A stretch of 6,809 bases of DNA from the IMG/VR virus record IMGVR_UViG_2802429221_000018, one strand, 5' to 3'. Positions 5,684 to 6,809 of this stretch are shown in pieces; the stretch's first letter is position 1, and every line of letters starts with the position of its first letter. The DNA comes from a virus (Duplodnaviria > Heunggongvirae > Uroviricota > Caudoviricetes). Both the position numbers and the translations under genes were made by a program. The notes under the pieces are model-generated. The model did no database searches and had not been told where the DNA came from. It was given only the letters and a program-made list of their open reading frames with translations.

Positions 5684-6169
5684 TTAGTCTTTTTGATTGA
5701 GTTTTTGCGTGATTAGCAAGATGTTTTTTGAGTGTTCTTCCAGAAGATTTTTTGCAAAATCCAACACCTTTACCCTCTCTTTTGTGGGTAAATTCGCAAA
5801 TATTTCAAATAAATAGCTTGTATCCTCAATGATTGTTGGATCTATAGATTCAATAATACCTCGTATCAGTTTGTTGCTCATTGAATCAAAAAGAGTTTCT
5901 CCATTCTCCCGGGTAAGTGTGTACTTAGGTTTTTCTGTGTTTCCATTTAAAAGCCACTGTACGTCGCACTGTAATAGTTCTGATAATTTCAATAACTTAT
6001 CGCTAGTTATGCTTGTCTTTCCTTTCTCCCATAAAGATACAGCAGCCATTGATACCCCCATTGCTTGTGCCAGCTTTAATTGACTTAAACCAAGTTCTTT
6101 TCTGCGTGACAGAATCCTGTGCCCCATTGAGAGTGGAGAAGACTGACATGACTTTAGTTTTGTGTTCAT
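5684..6169 (-). CDS. Prophage repressor (CI / RacR-like), N-terminal HTH-XRE domain
   Basis: Track ORF 5684..6232 starts at a TTG with no SD. Start chosen at ATG 6169..6167 (MNTKLKS...) with GAGGG 5 nt upstream. Residues ~15-75 (MGHRILSRRKELGLSQLKLAQAMGVSMAAVSLWEKGKTSITSDKLLKLSELLQCDVQWLL) are a clear XRE-type HTH. Divergent from a Cro-like gene across an operator-bearing region. Confidence 0.75.
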   Translation of the reverse strand: MNTKLKSCQSSPLSMGHRILSRRKELGLSQLKLAQAMGVSMAAVSLWEKGKTSITSDKLLKLSELLQCDVQWLLNGNTEKPKYTLTRENGETLFDSMSNKLIRGIIESIDPTIIEDTSYLFEIFANLPTKERVKVLDFAKNLLEEHSKNILLITQKLNQKD

Positions 6170-6249
6170 ATTGCCCTCAAGTATACTTGATAGTAGGATT
6201 GTGTTGTAGGCCCTGTCGCTAAGCTTAATCAATTAATGTTGAGGTCTCA
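6170..6249. promoter_or_regulatory. Divergent promoter/operator region of the immunity switch
   Basis: 80-bp gap between divergent HTH genes. Perfect 14-bp palindrome TCAAGTATACTTGA (6177-6190) abuts the repressor SD; related site TCAATTAATGTTGA (6229-6242) overlaps the cro SD. Both share TCAA-N6-TTGA arms. Exact -35/-10 hexamers could not be assigned with confidence. Confidence 0.6.
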
Positions 6250-6489
6250 ATGATAAAGATTAGTGCAATTAAGTTTTATGGTTCGCAAAGAGCGATTGCT
6301 CAATCACTGGGGATTAGCGAGCAAGCTGTTTCTCAATGGCCAGAACTCATTCCTAAAGGCGCAGCTCTGGAGCTTGAGAAACTAACCGCTGGGGCTCTGA
6401 AGTGCGATCTGAACCTGTACAAGAACCGCTCGCGCAAAAACAAGCGTGGAGCACACTCAAGTTTAGCGCACACAGAGGACGGAGAGTGA
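6250..6489 (+). CDS. Cro-like HTH transcriptional regulator (YdaS/Cro family)
   Basis: 79-aa ORF, ATG 6250 with GAGG 5 nt upstream, stop TGA 6487-6489. Translation MIKISAIKFYGSQRAIAQSLGISEQAVSQWPELIPKGAALELEKLTAGAL... fits small Cro/YdaS-type HTH proteins encoded divergently from prophage repressors. Confidence 0.7.
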   Translation: MIKISAIKFYGSQRAIAQSLGISEQAVSQWPELIPKGAALELEKLTAGALKCDLNLYKNRSRKNKRGAHSSLAHTEDGE

Positions 6490-6809
6490 GGGGAGTGTAC
6501 GTTGATCGTAGAGAAATACCTCCTGATTGCGTGCAGATAGACATGCCCTCGGCTTATAGCTCAGCAGATGCTGAGTGGATTAAGCAGCAGTTACTTAGCC
6601 TGACACTCACGGCACGACAAAAAGCCATCCAGCGTTATGCCGTTGTGTATCAGGAGGCATTTGAGGCCGAACCCATTTCGTACCGCAAGGAGAACCGGGC
6701 AAGGCATGAAGCAAACACAAGGCTTCGCCTGTTTGTGAGAAATCAGGGCAGAGCTTTACAGGGGTATACCGCCGAACCTCCCCTAGCTGGAACGCAATCG
6801 CGATCCTGA
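6486..6809 (+). CDS. Hypothetical early-right operon protein, 3' end beyond window
   Basis: Open frame 6402..6809 running off the window end. Plausible start at GTG 6486, overlapping the cro stop (GTGA) with GAGGA/GGAG just upstream; the alternative ATG at 6543 has poor SD. No confident family assignment. Confidence 0.45.
   Translation: MRGVYVDRREIPPDCVQIDMPSAYSSADAEWIKQQLLSLTLTARQKAIQRYAVVYQEAFEAEPISYRKENRARHEANTRLRLFVRNQGRALQGYTAEPPLAGTQSRS

Noticed and set aside
6169-6232. N-terminal extension of the repressor ORF (TTG start at 6232)
   Set aside because: No SD upstream of the TTG, and the extension would read through the perfect operator palindrome. The ATG at 6169 has a GAGGG SD.
1-6809. 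CRISPR arrays, tRNA or rRNA genes, transposase or IS elements, toxI-like tandem RNA repeats, and the attachment site
   Set aside because: No tandem direct repeats with spacers, no tRNA-like cloverleaf regions and no transposase-like ORF or terminal inverted repeats were seen. attL/attP would lie beyond position 1 (left of int) and cannot be identified from this window.

Overview
The window reads as the integration module, accessory early-left region and immunity switch of a lambdoid (Rac-like in layout) enterobacterial prophage. From the right, a Cro-like HTH gene (6250..6489, +) diverges from a CI/RacR-like repressor (5684..6169, -) across an 80-bp region carrying two TCAA-N6-TTGA operator-like sites. 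All remaining genes run leftward on the minus strand: a second HTH-XRE protein with an extra N-terminal domain (5097..5615); a four-gene cassette of unrecognised proteins (121, 37, 62 and 193 aa; 3640..4968) with its own upstream control region and a downstream terminator-like hairpin; a membrane module (35-aa hydrophobic peptide, 62-aa two-TM protein, 275-aa SPFH/band-7 lipoprotein; 2451..3594); three small unknown proteins; an excisionase-like gene; and a lambda-family tyrosine integrase ending at the window edge (1..1314). No rRNA, tRNA, CRISPR array or transposase was seen, and attL/attP would lie left of position 1. The best candidates for an undescribed accessory or defence function are the four-gene cassette (especially the translationally coupled 62-aa/193-aa pair) and the SPFH lipoprotein membrane module. 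All functional assignments are by eye from motifs in the translations; no database search was possible.
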